A program made the translations under genes and the position numbers. The notes under the pieces were generated by a model. It had not been told where the DNA came from. It was given only the letters and a program-made list of their open reading frames with translations, and searched no databases. DNA of 63,798 nucleotides, the filler included, from Octopus bimaculoides (Eukaryota), in the NCBI RefSeq assembly GCF_001194135.2. It is 5 parts of 4 records of this genome, joined end to end, with 100 filler letters (N's around TTAATTAATTAA, not from the genome) between each part and the next. Parts side by side here need not be neighbours in the genome. Positions count along the whole stretch, not along the records: positions 27,693 to 47,128 come from NC_068983.1; positions 47,229 to 53,615 come from NC_069002.1; 3 more parts are not named here. The stretch is one strand, 5' to 3'. Every line of letters starts with the position of its first letter. Positions within the stretch are counted from its first letter, which is position 1. Positions 35,401-47,680 of this stretch are shown one piece after another.

Positions 35401-38153
35401 CTTACAAACTCTGTAGACAAAAGATCTGGCAACTTTTAAAAATTGATATATTTCTAAATCGCTATGCTCAGCCTTTATAACCACAATAACAGCATGCCTC
35501 TTCAGCATGCGCCCTTTTAAAACCTAGCCAGGCTCATGGGCCCGGCTTCCCAGTTTCTATGGCGTATGTGTTCCCCAGCAGGACGGGACGCTAGTCCATC
35601 GCAGTGTTACTCATTTTTGCCAGCTGAGTGGACTGGAGCAACGTGAAATGAAGTGCTTTGCTCAAGAACACAACGCGTCGCCCGGTCCATGAATTGAAAC
35701 CACAATCTTATGATCATGGTGCTGACACCCTAACCACTAGGCCACGTGCCTCCACTATATATAATATAATATAATATGAAAATGGAGTTTGTGTGTGTAC
35801 GTGCATATGTTCTTTATGCATTCGAAAACTGAGTTGCTGATTTTGATATATGTTTGCGAAGACCTGTTGGGGCAAGTGAAATCGAAATCATAATTGAACC
35901 ATATTCGATGACTGGCACCTGTACCAGTGGAGCACTAACAGCACTGTACGAGCGTGATCATTGCCAGAGCAGCTGTCAAGCTTCCGTGCTAGTGGCCCGT
36001 AAATAGCACCATTTGAGCGTGATCATTACCAGCGTCGCCTTACTGGCAATTGTGCCGATGGCATGTTAGAAAATCATTCGAGCAAGGTTGTTGCCAGTGC
36101 TGCTGGACTGGCTCCTGTGCAGGTGGCACATAAAAAATACCATTTTGAGCGTGGCCGTTGCCAGTACCGTGTGACTGGCCCTCGTGCCAGTGGCACGTAA
36201 AAACACCCACTACACTCTCGGAGTGGTTGGCGTTAGGAAGGGCATCCAACTGAAGAAACTCTGCCAGATCAGATTGGAGTCTGGTGTAGCCATCTGGTTC
36301 ACCAGTCCTCACTCAAATCATCCAACCCATGCTAGCATGGAAGGCGGACGTTAAACGATGATGATGATAATGATGGGGTATCAAAAGATTCAGTAATCCT
36401 TCGGCTTCCAAATAAACTTTTTCATTTACATATTTTCTACATTATCTCAACAACCAGCTTTAGTCATTTGAAAGATACTGCACTACAACGATCAAGTTTC
36501 ATTAGAAAGTGAAAATAGTTTCACATTTTCAATTTGAACTAAAATTAAAAAGTGTTGCATTACAAGAGTGACATTATGTGAATAATGAAAGTAATGTTTC
36601 CCTGAACTAGTCACATCTTTACTATAATAAAGAAGGCTGCTTATCCTCTCTCTCTATATATATACATACACACTGGATCATCCCATAAGTAATGTGGTTT
36701 TTTTCAATTGCATCAACTAAGAGTGCGAGGGGGACAGGATAAACTACCTGTATCAACTTGCTATAAAAGCAGGTAGTAATTTTACCTTGTCCTTATTCCC
36801 TGTGCAAGCCCTCATCTCTGGCCCAGAATTGGTGAATTATTTCACCTTTCACCTTAAAAGGAAAATAGGGCTAGAGAGAAAATGCCTGACTGAAAATGTT
36901 TGAAAATCGATAGAAGAATGTAGCATATGAATGTGATACAGGACGTATCCTAGGTGTCCGAATCCATCCAGTGCTTCTTGAGATGTCTTGTCCATGGACA
37001 AATAAACAAACAAACAAACACGACTGAAAACAATATCTCTGTCTTCGCTAAGGCGGAGGTAATTAAAGTAAAGAGTAAGGGGTTATAATATAAGAAATTC
37101 CCATATTTTGTTAATCTAATTTTTAACAAAAACGGGTTCCTTATACACATTAAAATATGGTACGTAGCTGAGATTTAAGGACTTTCCAGTCTCTCAACAG
37201 GACCCCAGTCTGTTGAAAGGTTAACTTTCCAGCAATTGCTGGGGAACTTTCTACAGCTGGGTTGACTGGAGCAACATGTAACAACACATCACCTTGTCCA
37301 GGAATTGAAACCATGATCTTATGATTGTGAATGAATCATCCTAACTGCTAGGCCACAGGTATTCACTCACACACGTATTCTTTTTATTGTTTTACGTGTT
37401 TCAGTCATTTGACTGTGGCCATGCTGGAGTGACACCTTAAAGGGTTTTTAGTTGAAGAAATTGACCGCAGAACTTATTCTTTGTAAGCCTAGTATTCTTT
37501 CGGTCTTTTACTGAACAGCTAGGTCATGGAGATGTAAACACACCAACATTGGTTGTCAAGCAATGGTGGGGGACAAACAAAGACACACACACACACACAC
37601 ATATGATGTTTACCATATCTACTCACAAAGCTTTGGTCATCCTGAGGCTATAGTAAATGACATTTGCCCAAAGTGCCATGTAGTGGGACTGAACTCGGTT
37701 AAAAATTAAAAAAAAAAATTTTTTTATTTCACTGAACATTTTCTAAGGTCCACACCATTCATGGCGTCCCCACTGGTCTCCTATTCATTAGTGTACCTTG
37801 TGTACGAAGTGCATTTACCCAACGTAAGATTGTGCTATGAGTGGGAACACCTGATTTCGGTAAATGTTGAAATGGCACCGAAACTCACACTGAACTGTTG
37901 CAACAGACTCACTATTCTCCATGACACATGATGCTCTATTGTCCACAGCGCCATGGCTTCACCCAAAAATAAAAAAAATGGTAAGACATTACGGACTGAA
38001 TGGTACCTGTAGGACATATGTTCCACCCCCTTGGGCCGAGTAATAACCATTTCAAAAACATCTGTCCTGTCCTCTCTGCCCCACCCTATATGTGCTAATT
38101 ACTACATACTGTTATTTTTTTTTTAATTATTTAAATTGTTTTTTCTTCTGTAG

Positions 38154-38322
38154 GTCAAAGGCAGCTTAATTTTGATAATTATGAAAGCAGAGAAGCCAGA
38201 GGAAATGTTTTCCAATCCAATAATCGCCAGCAACAGAACAAATTCAAATGGGTTGCACCACACTTGTCAACTGGTCCCGAGCCTGCGCCCCAGCTGCAGC
38301 AACAGTCACCACAAGAGATTAT
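38154..38322 (+). CDS. NUP42: NUP42-like exon 2
   Basis: ttttcttctgtag acceptor, AT|gtaagt donor, phase 1/2. Encodes an N/Q-rich linker with NKFKWVAP. Confidence 0.75.
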
Positions 38323-39130
38323 GTAAGTTCTTCTTCGTATTTCTGGTTGTTTGCTCTAACCATGTTGTTGTTGGCCCTCCGTTGCTTACGACATCGAGGG
38401 TTCCAGTTGATCTGATCAACGGAACAGCCTGCTCGTGAAATTAACGTGCAAGTGGCTGAGCACTCCACAGACACGTGTACCCTTAACGTAGTTCTCGGGG
38501 ATATTCAGCGTGACACAGTGTGACGAGGCTGGCCCTTTGAAATACAGGTACAACAGAAACAGGAAGTAAGAGTGAGAGAAAGTTGTGGTGAAAGAGTACA
38601 GCAGGGTTCGCCACCATCCCCTGCCGGAGCCTCGTGGAGCTTTAGGTGTTTTAGCTCAATAAACACTTACAACGCCCGGTTTGGGAATCGAAACTGCAAG
38701 TCCGCTGCCCTAACCACTAGGCCATTGCGCCTCCACTGCTGTAACCATGATATTTGTTCCAAAGTGCGAACAAAGCCTTTTTTTTTTTTAGTTTTTTTTT
38801 TGTCTTTTTTTATAGAGTAGAAGGAAGAAAAGAAGTGCTACTATTCATCATCATCATCGTCATCAGCGTTTGATGTCCATCTTCCATGCTGGTGTGGGTT
38901 GGATGGTTTGATAGGAGCTGGTCAGCTGGGGTGCTATATGAACTGTAATTGTCTATTGTGGCATGGTTTCTATAGCTGGATGCCCCACCTAATGCCAACC
39001 ACTTCACAGAGTGTGCTGAGTGCTATTTACCTGCTACCAACACGGGCATGTTTACGCAGCACTGGCACAAGTGCATTTTATGTGGCCCCGGTACCTATAG
39101 AAAGACAAACCTGTATGCATGGATGACAAT

Positions 39131-39325
39131 AATTTTACTTAGTTGGACATGTCTTCTCAAATACAGCAAATCGCCACAACTCCTGGTCCCTTGTCATTTT
39201 CTCAGTGAGGCCCAGTGCCTGAAGATCCTTTCTTACCACTTTGTCCCACGTCTTCCTGGGCCTACCTCTTCCACAGGTTCCCTCCACAATTAGAGCTCGG
39301 TAATTCTATGCAACTGTCCTCATCC
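39131..39325 (-). mobile_element. RTE LINE RT C-terminal relic
   Basis: Minus translation RALIVEGTCGRGRPRKTWDKVVRKDLQALGLTEKMTRDQELWRFAVFEKT. Confidence 0.7.
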
Positions 39326-40621
39326 AATGATTTATGTCAAATTTTATTTCTATGCCAGATTGGTCAAGGCCTGGGCTTATATAAAATAAAAGCCCAAGAT
39401 TAAGAGGAGTGGAAAAGGTTGGTTACTAAACACACAGGTGTCTTAAGTGCAGAAGTGACTTTAATTCCTCATCATCATCATTTAACGTCTGTGTTCCATG
39501 CTAGCATGGGTGGGATGGTACAAGAGCTGGCCAGACCAAAACATGCACCAAACTTCTGTGACTGTTTTGGCAGGTTTTTACAGCTGGATGCCCTTCCTAA
39601 CACCAACTTCTCAGTAGAGTGTACTTCGTGCTTTTTATGTGGTACAAGCACAGGCGAGGTTAGTTTTGGCAAGGTTTTTACAGCTGGATGCCCTTCCTAA
39701 CACCAACCACTCAGCAGAGTGGACTGAGTGCTTTTAAGTGGCACCTGCACTGACAGGGTCACGAAGTACTTGCAAGACAAAAACTTTTAAGAGTGGAGGA
39801 GGTAATAATGAAAAGGTTATAGTGAGACAAATTAATTTCAATCTAGAATTGGAAATATCTTCTGTGTTCAGTATTCCAGGAGCTCATTGCTTCACAATGA
39901 ACCTTCACAACTGTTGCTGCAAATATATTCACTCTTTTACTCTTTTACTTGTTTCAGTCATTTGACTGCGGCCATGCTGGAGCACCGCCTTTAGTCGAGT
40001 AAATTGACCCCCAGGACTTATTCTTTGTAAGCCTAGTACTTATTCTATCGGTCTCTTTGCCGAACCGCTAAGTTATGGAGATGTAAACACACCAGCATTG
40101 GCTGTCAAGGGATGTTGGGGGGACAAACACAGACACACAAACACACATATATATGTACAAATGCATATATATGACGGGCTTCTTTCAGTTTCCGTCTACC
40201 AAATCCATTCACAAGGCTTTGGTTGGCCCGAGGCTATAGTAGAAGACACTTGCCCAAGGTGCCATGCAGTGGGACTGAACCCGGAACCATGTGGTTGGTA
40301 AGCAAGCTACTTACCACACAGCCACTCCTACACCTATATATATAAGTAAATGTTGGTCTAAGGGGAGACAACTTTGTCGCATGTGATTTATATAGGTGTC
40401 TCTGAACATGTCAGTTTTCACCCCGACGTAAATATGATTATAAATGTGTGTGAAAATGTATGCAAGCATGTAAATGCATATAATATGTTATTTATGTAGA
40501 GTGTAACTCAGAGGCGTTGTAGTCAGGTATTTAAATGCACTTGGAACATCTAATTCTGAGTTTCAATTAATTACAATTGTGAAACATACATACTCGTGCT
40601 TACCTTAATTTTTCACACACA

Positions 40622-40659
<38 letters not shown>

Positions 40660-41388
40660 AAATATAATGATGAAATAAATTACTATTGTTTCTGAAAATT
40701 GTTTTGTATACCTTCTATGGGCTGCTTGAAGCTTACTAACTTCCTACACCTGGATCCGAAGATCTTACACTTGTGTGTGTGTGTAGATATGTATATATNN
40801 NNNNNNNNNNNNNNNNNNNNNNNNNNNNNNNNNNNNNNNNNNNNNNNNNNNNNNNNNNNNNNNNATATACCGGAGTAAGCACATTTCTAACAAAACTGTC
40901 CGATGAACGGGAACGTGAAACTCAGAGTAACAGTCTTTTGTTATATTTCTGCTGCTTTTTTTATATATATATATCATCTAGCATCCATTTTCATGATGGC
41001 ATAGGTTAGACAGTTTGATTGGGACTGGTAAGCCAGAGATCTGTACCAGATATATATATATATCAAATTAAATGTACAACCCAAAGAGCCACTAATAGTT
41101 TCATGCTATTATGATATTTGAACAGGCATATTTATAAAATATGCTATCATTTATCTTTGAGCGATCTTTCAGTCTCTGTTTTTGTGGTATATATAAATAA
41201 ATACATAAAAAAGATTGAAATAATTTTGAATATTTATCTACTATCTTTCTATTATGAAAACATTGGACGTATTACAAAATACATTCTAATGGTTAATGTT
41301 TTAATATTTTGAGCTGGCCATCTCTTGTCGATAACGTTTATGCCATTACATGATTTAAATGCAATCTTTCTCTTGATTTCTATTCCAG

Positions 41389-41483
41389 TTCAACTTTGTC
41401 TCGAGAAATTACAAATTGGGAAGCTAGCAAAATGTGGCTGTTATCATGTATTAGTTTTGGCAAGTCAGGACCTTCCATTCCAG
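41389..41483 (+). CDS. NUP42: NUP42-like exon 3
   Basis: tattccag acceptor, G|gtgagt donor, phase 2/1. STLSREITNWEASKMWLLSCISFGKSGPSIP aligns to NUP42 [29 protein letters not shown]. Confidence 0.8.
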
Positions 41484-42109
41484 GTGAGTGAAAGAACTCG
41501 TTAAAGGTAACACTTTTTGTTCTGCTTGAAGTATAGGCCATTCTGTTAGTTACGGTTAAAGGAAATACAAAACGAGCATTTGTATTGCAATGCAATTAGC
41601 AATTATCCTGAAGCAATTGGAATTGGTCAGCCCTGGACTACAGTAAAAGACATGACAACTTGGACAAGTGGCTTCTATTATATCCCCAAGCCCTCGTGCT
41701 GGTGGCACGTAAAAGCACTCACTACACTCTCGGAGTGGTTGGCGTTAGGAAGGGCATCCAGCTGTAGAAACTCTGCCAAATCAGATTGGAGCCTGGTGCA
41801 GCCATCCAGTTCACCAGTCCTCAGTCAAATCGTCCAACCCATGCCAGCATGGAAAGCAGACGTTAAACGATGATGATGATGACGATGCATAGTAATCAGA
41901 GAAACCTTCAAAATTTTATTAGGTGCATATTTTACCATAAAAGGAAAATGTTGCTATCAATCTATTTTATTCAAGGTAGGCAGTGCCTACCTTGCCTACC
42001 TAGGCTGCATGTCCCTGCTAATGACGCATAACTTAATTCTTATAATCACTCCACGACAATAATAACTATGTTAATATATTTCCACTTCTACATTGTCTCT
42101 TTTGATTAG

Positions 42110-42186
42110 GTATGGTCGACATGTCCCCCGATGAGTTACGGTGTGAAGCTTATAACGCATTGAAGAGTGAACGATTTCAAGATTAT
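42110..42186 (+). CDS. NUP42: NUP42-like exon 4
   Basis: tttgattag acceptor, TAT|gtaagt donor, phase 1/0. GMVDMSPDELRCEAYNALKSERFQDY matches the conserved NUP42 motif GFTDISPEELRLEY. Confidence 0.85.
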
Positions 42187-42390
42187 GTAAGTCAAAAGGT
42201 TTCATTTAAGCTGGACTCTCTGTCATCATACTTAATGTTGTTATCATGTGTATTAACCTGCTTGTATGAGTTTTGCCCTTTTCTTGTGTGTGTGTGTGTG
42301 TGTGTGTTTTCTATTATTCCTTTACTTGTTTCAGTCATTTCAGCACTGCTTTCAATTGAACAAATCGACTCCAGGACTTATTCTTTGTAA

Positions 42391-42660
42391 ACATTATTTA
42401 CATTATTTACAATTGACGGATATTTGTCCTCATCTTGTTTGTTGTTAACACGTTTCGTCTGATATACCCTCCAGCCATCATCAGGTGTCTTGGGGAAATT
42501 TCGAACCTGGGTTCTCATTCCTAAGGTATTTTTCGATGCTATTATTATTATTATTATCATTATTATTCAGGTCACTGCCTGGAATCGAACTCGGAATCTT
42601 GGCGTTAGTAGCCTGTGCTCTTAACCACTATGCCATATGCCCGTGGCATATAGAACTGAA
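42391..42660 (-). mobile_element. Second copy of the tRNA-headed hammerhead-tailed element, nested in a SINE
   Basis: A box TGGCATAGTGG, B box GTTCGATTC, CTGATGA..GAAA core at about 42444-42490. Flanked by the 13-bp direct repeat ttattctttgtaa (42378-42390 and 42661-42673). Confidence 0.75.
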
Positions 42661-43039
42661 TTATTCTTTGTAAGCCTAGCACTTATCCTGTTGGTCTCTT
42701 TTGCCGAACCGCTAAGTTACGGGGACGTAAACACACGAACATCAGTTGTCGAGCAATGTTGGGGGAGCAAACACAGACACACAAACATATAGACACACAT
42801 ACATATATATGACGGGCTTCTTTCAGTTTCCGTCTACCAAATCCACTCACAAGGCTTTGGTCGGTTCGAGGCTATAGTAGAAGACACTTGCCCAAGGTGC
42901 CACACAGTGGGAATGAACCCAGAACCGTGTGATTCGTTATCAAGCTACTTACCACACAGCCACTCCTACACCTATATATATATAAGTATTCTGACTAGTA
43001 TTGTAAAATAAAACTAGACCACTTAGCAACTCCTTTCTG

Positions 43040-43270
43040 AAGCCCCACACTATGGCCAGAGTCGTTTCCATTTGATAGAAGCATTCCTGGAACTCCTTTT
43101 TTTGATATAGCATGCGGCTGCCTCGTTGCATTCTCTTGGATTTCCTTGAGGTCTTGAAATCTTGTTTCGGTTTTCCACTGCCAAGACTGAGGACCAGTTT
43201 TGAGGTCATGGCCATGGACCCATGATTCATCACCTGTTATGGCTGTTTTCAAAAGATTTTCTCTTCGCTA
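43040..43270 (-). mobile_element. Mariner transposase catalytic-domain relic
   Basis: ITGDESWVHGHDLKT matches the first catalytic Asp motif TGDE.W. Confidence 0.6.
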
Positions 43271-44637
43271 CACAATCAAAGATCCTGCTACTGTTAACTT
43301 TGAACAGTTTCGTATTTAATTTACCTCTTCCCAAAGTCATCAGGTGGATTACATACAGTCTACTTCATAATTTAGTAAGTATTTAGTAACTTGCACTGAT
43401 CATGACTAACTAATTAATTTATCTTTCATATTGTAAGCGCAGTAGTAGCTATGTGGTAAGTAGCTTGCTTACCAACCACATGGTTCCAGGTTCAGACTCA
43501 CTGCGTGGCACCTTGGGCAAGTGTCTTTTACTATAGCCTCGGGCCGACCAAAGCCTTGTGAGTGGATTTGGTAGACGGAAACTGAAAGAAGCCTGTCGTA
43601 TATATGTATATATATATGTGTATGTGTTTGTGTGTATGTTTGTGTCTGTGTTTGTCCCCCCAACATCGCTTGACAACCGATGCTGATGTGTTTACGTCCC
43701 CATAACTTAGCGGTTCAGCAAAAAGAGACCGATAGAATAAATATTAGGCTTACAAAGAATAANNNNNNNNNNNNNNNNNNNNNNNNNNNNNNNNNNNNNN
43801 NNNNNNNNNNNNNNNNNNNNNNNNNNNNNNNNNNNNNNNNNNNNNNNNNNNNNNNNNNNNNNNNNNNNNNNNNNNNNNNNNNNNNNNNNNNNNNNNNNNN
43901 NNNNNNNNNNNNNNNNNNNNNNNNNNNNNNNNNNNNNNNNNNNNNNNNNNNNNNNNNNNNNNNNNNNNNNNNNNNNNNNNNNNNNNNNNNNNNNNNNNNN
44001 NNNNNNNNNNNNNNNNNNNNNNNNNNNNNNNNNNNNNNNNNNNNNNNNNNNNNNNNNNNNNNNNNNNNNNNNNNNNNNNNNNNNNNNNNNNNNNNNNNNN
44101 NNNNNNNNNNNNNNNNNNNNNNNNNNNNNNNNNNNNNNNNNNNNNNNNNNNNNNNNNNNNNNNNNNNNNNNNNNNNNNNNNNNNNNNNNNNNNNNNNNNN
44201 NNNNNNNNNNNNNNNNNNNNNNNNNNNNNNNNNNNNNNNNNNNNNNNNNNNNNNNNNNNNNNNNNNNNNNNNNNNNNNNNNNNNNNNNNNNNNNNNNNNN
44301 NNNNNNNNNNNNNNNNNNNNNNNNNNNNNNNNNNNNNNNNNNNNNNNNNNNNNNNNNNNNNNNNNNNNNNNNNNNNNNNNNNNNNNNNNNNNNNNNNNNN
44401 NNNNNNNNNNNNNNNNNNNNNNNNNNNNNNNNNNNNNNNNNNNNNNCACACACACACACACGGAGGCACACACACACACACACACACACACACAAGGAGA
44501 CACACACACACACGGCGACACATACACATGGCTACACACACATGGAGACCTAATAACAGACATTAAGTGGAATCTATTAAATATGCATGTATATAGATAA
44601 CAATTTGATTAAATTTGTCTTCATTTTCTCTTTGCAG

Positions 44638-44687
44638 ATTCAGTTTATAGAATCAAACAGAAGACAGTCGTTGGCTCCTGTCAGCAG
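44638..44687 (+). CDS. NUP42: Probable NUP42-like exon
   Basis: Strong ttttctctttgcag acceptor, AG|gtaagc donor, phase 0/2. Encodes IQFIESNRRQSLAPVS; a further phase-0/0 exon could be hidden in gap 43763-44445. Confidence 0.55.
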
Positions 44688-44946
44688 GTAAGCGATTTCT
44701 TCTTTCAGTGTGAAATGCCATTGTCTTTCTCTATCACTTTCTGCTATCTTTTACTTGTTACTGTCGTTGGACTGTGGCCATGCTGGGGTACCTCTGGTCT
44801 ATGTTTTTTCTTTCTTTCTTTTTTTTTTTTTTTAAAGTCTGGTACTTATTTCTTTTAGTATCTTTTGCCAAACTGCTAAGTTACTGAAACTTAAACAAAC
44901 CATCACTGATTGTGAAGCAGATGGTGTGTGTGACAAACAGAGACGT

Positions 44947-44982
<36 letters not shown>

Positions 44983-45247
44983 NNNNNNNNNNNNNNNNNN
45001 NNNNNNNNNNNNNNNNNNNNNNNNNNNNNNNNNNNNNNNNNNNNNNNNNNNNNNNNNNNNNNNNNNNNNNNNNNNNNNNNNNNNNNNNNNNNNNNNNNNN
45101 NNNNNNNNNNNNNNNNNNNNNNNNNNNNNNNNNNNNNNNNNNNNNNNNNNNNNNNNNNNNNNNNNNNNNNNNNNNNNNNNNNNNNNNNNNNNNNNNNNNN
45201 NNNNNNNNNNNNNNNNNNNNNNNNNNNNNNNNNNNNNNNNNNNNNNN

Positions 45248-45294
<47 letters not shown>

Positions 45295-46440
45295 AGTGCA
45301 AACTTGGCTGTGTGGTAAGAAGCTTGCTTCCCAACCCATGGTTCCGAACCCAGAACTATGTGGTTGGTAAGCAAGCTACTTACCACACAGCCACTCCTGC
45401 GCCTAGGTAAAATATTTATCTGGGTACGAATTACAATTTATGACATTGCTATTATGGGAAATTATTGCTCTACTTTATGAGTTTTTGCTTTACAAGCAAT
45501 CTCTGGTGATGAATTAACTTACATAGTGAGGCATTACTGTATAAGGGATCACATCAAATTTGCATGTACTCGATATAGTCTATCATTATTCCTACCCCTT
45601 CACCATTCCACAAGGTATTGACACCCATTACGCTCTCTCTTACCATTTATCTACCTCTATTACTTCCCCTCACACTTTCTCATTTTCTACCACCCTCTCA
45701 TCCCAATGACTCTATTTCTACCATCGCACACCTCTCTTCTCCCACCCATCCTTTCTGTTATTGCTGTCTCTTTTGTTCACCTCCTCAGCCATAGATTCCT
45801 TACTAAACAAATACATTATACAGTGGTGAGGACTCTATGTATCTTATGAGGTACAAAGCAACCCCACTAGTGTTGGTGCAACTCTAAATCCACTTAAGGA
45901 CATTTTGTAAAGTAGTTGTGAAGCTAGCAGTGACATGGGATGAAGAAGCCTCATTAGTTTTGTTGAGAACATGGCAAATTCTTTTGTGCTGGACCCATTA
46001 TGAAATGTACCAAATACATTCTGTGAAGTTGAGAAAATCCTTCAGTCGTATCAAAGACACAACAATCTGTTTAGTGCTGGATCCATGATAAAATGCATCC
46101 AGTAACATTATGGTCGGCATTATGAAGAACACTCAACTGTAGAAACTAAGCCAAAAAGTGAAATGTGTGAGCATGACTTAGTTCCTCAGCACATCTAGGA
46201 GAACGGTAACTCTGAATAAAAACCGTCAAGGACTGGGCTGACCCATTCACCCCATGCCGGCATGAAAAACAGATATAAATGATGATGATGATAACCCCCA
46301 CCCCACGTGTATCTTGTGCATGGTTGAGAAGCAGTTCTGATGTATATTTCCTTTCTTTCATGTTTTGTTATTACAAACTGTTTTGTAATTAAGATCAGTT
46401 TTTTTTTTTATATTTTATATATTTTTCTTTTATGTTTCAG

Positions 46441-46466
46441 TCCCTCAAGTCCAGCTCAGTCTTCAG
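46441..46466 (+). CDS. NUP42: Probable NUP42-like 26-bp microexon
   Basis: ttttatgtttcag acceptor, G|gtaagc donor, phase 2/1, compatible with the previous exon. Encodes (S)PSSPAQSS. Confidence 0.5.
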
Positions 46467-46544
46467 GTAAGCAATGATATATTTATTACTTTGTGCCATT
46501 TAAAAAAAAATTTTTTTTTGTATATGAGCTATCTGAATTGACAG

Positions 46545-46825
46545 TACCTTGGTAGATAATGTAATTAAGAGTATGAAAACAGAGAAAGCCCCCGCCCCAT
46601 CAGGAATCACCGCAGAGATGATCAAAATATCTGGTGGTGTTGGCTGTAGCCTAGTCACCCATATAGTTAACCAGGTGATACACGAAGGAGTCATACCCAA
46701 TGACTGGTGTAGCAGCACCATAGTCAACTTCTACAAAGATAAAGGTGATGCTTTAGATACAAATAATTACAGAGGTATTGAGTTGTTGGATCAGGTAATG
46801 AAGGTCACAGAGAGGGTCATCGTTT
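46545..46825 (+). mobile_element. RTE LINE reverse transcriptase N-terminal fragment
   Basis: IKSMKTEKAPAPSGITAEMIK...IPNDWCSSTIVNFYKDKGDALDTNNYRGIELLDQVMKVTERVI matches RT domains 0-1. Confidence 0.85.
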
Positions 46826-47228
46826 AATCATCGTTTAACGTCCGCTTTCCATGCTAGCATGGATTGGACGATTTGACTGAGGACTGGTGAAACCGGATGG
46901 CAACACCAGGCTCCAGAAGGCTGAACCAGGCTCCAATTTGATCTGGCAGAGTTTCTACAGCTGGATGCCCTTCCTAACGCCAACCACTCCGAGAGTGTAG
47001 TGGGTGCTTTTACATGCCACCGGCATGAACAGATGTATATAAAACTGACCTCGCCTGTGATGGTGCTACATAAAAAGCACTTGGTCCACTCGATGGTGTG
47101 GTTGGTATTAGGAAGAATATCCAGCCGCNNNNNNNNNNNNNNNNNNNNNNNNNNNNNNNNNNNNNNNNNNNNTTAATTAATTAANNNNNNNNNNNNNNNN
47201 NNNNNNNNNNNNNNNNNNNNNNNNNNNN

Positions 47229-47680
47229 CCCTCTTTCTCTCCCACCTCTCTTCTTTCTCTCCCCTATCCCCTCTCCCCTCATTCTCTCCTCTTCACCCCT
47301 CCCCTCTTTCTCTCCCCTCATTCTTTCCACTCCACCCCTCTCCTCTTTCTATCCTTCTCTTCCCTCTCTCGCTTTTCTTTCTCTCCTCCCCTCCCTCTTT
47401 CTCGTATCCTCTCCCTTCTTTTTCTCCCCTCTCTGTCCTTCTCTCCCCCTCTATCTTGCTCTCTCCCTTACCCTCTTTCTCTCCCTTTCCCTCTTTCTCT
47501 CCCACTTCCTGTCTTATTCTCTCCCCCTTTTACCTCTCTCTCCGCCCCTCCCTCTCCTCTCCGTCTCTACCCATTTACCTCCCTCTTCCCTCTCTCCTTT
47601 CCTCCTTCTTCCCGCTCTCTCTCCAGCTCAACCTTTTCTCCTCCTTTTCCTCCCCTCTCTCCCCCTCTTCCCCTCCCAAA
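47229..47680. repeat. C/T-rich low-complexity tract (G/A-rich counterpart at about 17860-18070)
   Basis: Direct inspection. Confidence 0.9.

Noticed and set aside
41630-41680. VKDMTTWTSG resembling NUP42 [11 protein letters not shown]
   Set aside because: The true homologous exon is 41389-41483 with proper splice sites and phases; this stretch lacks both.
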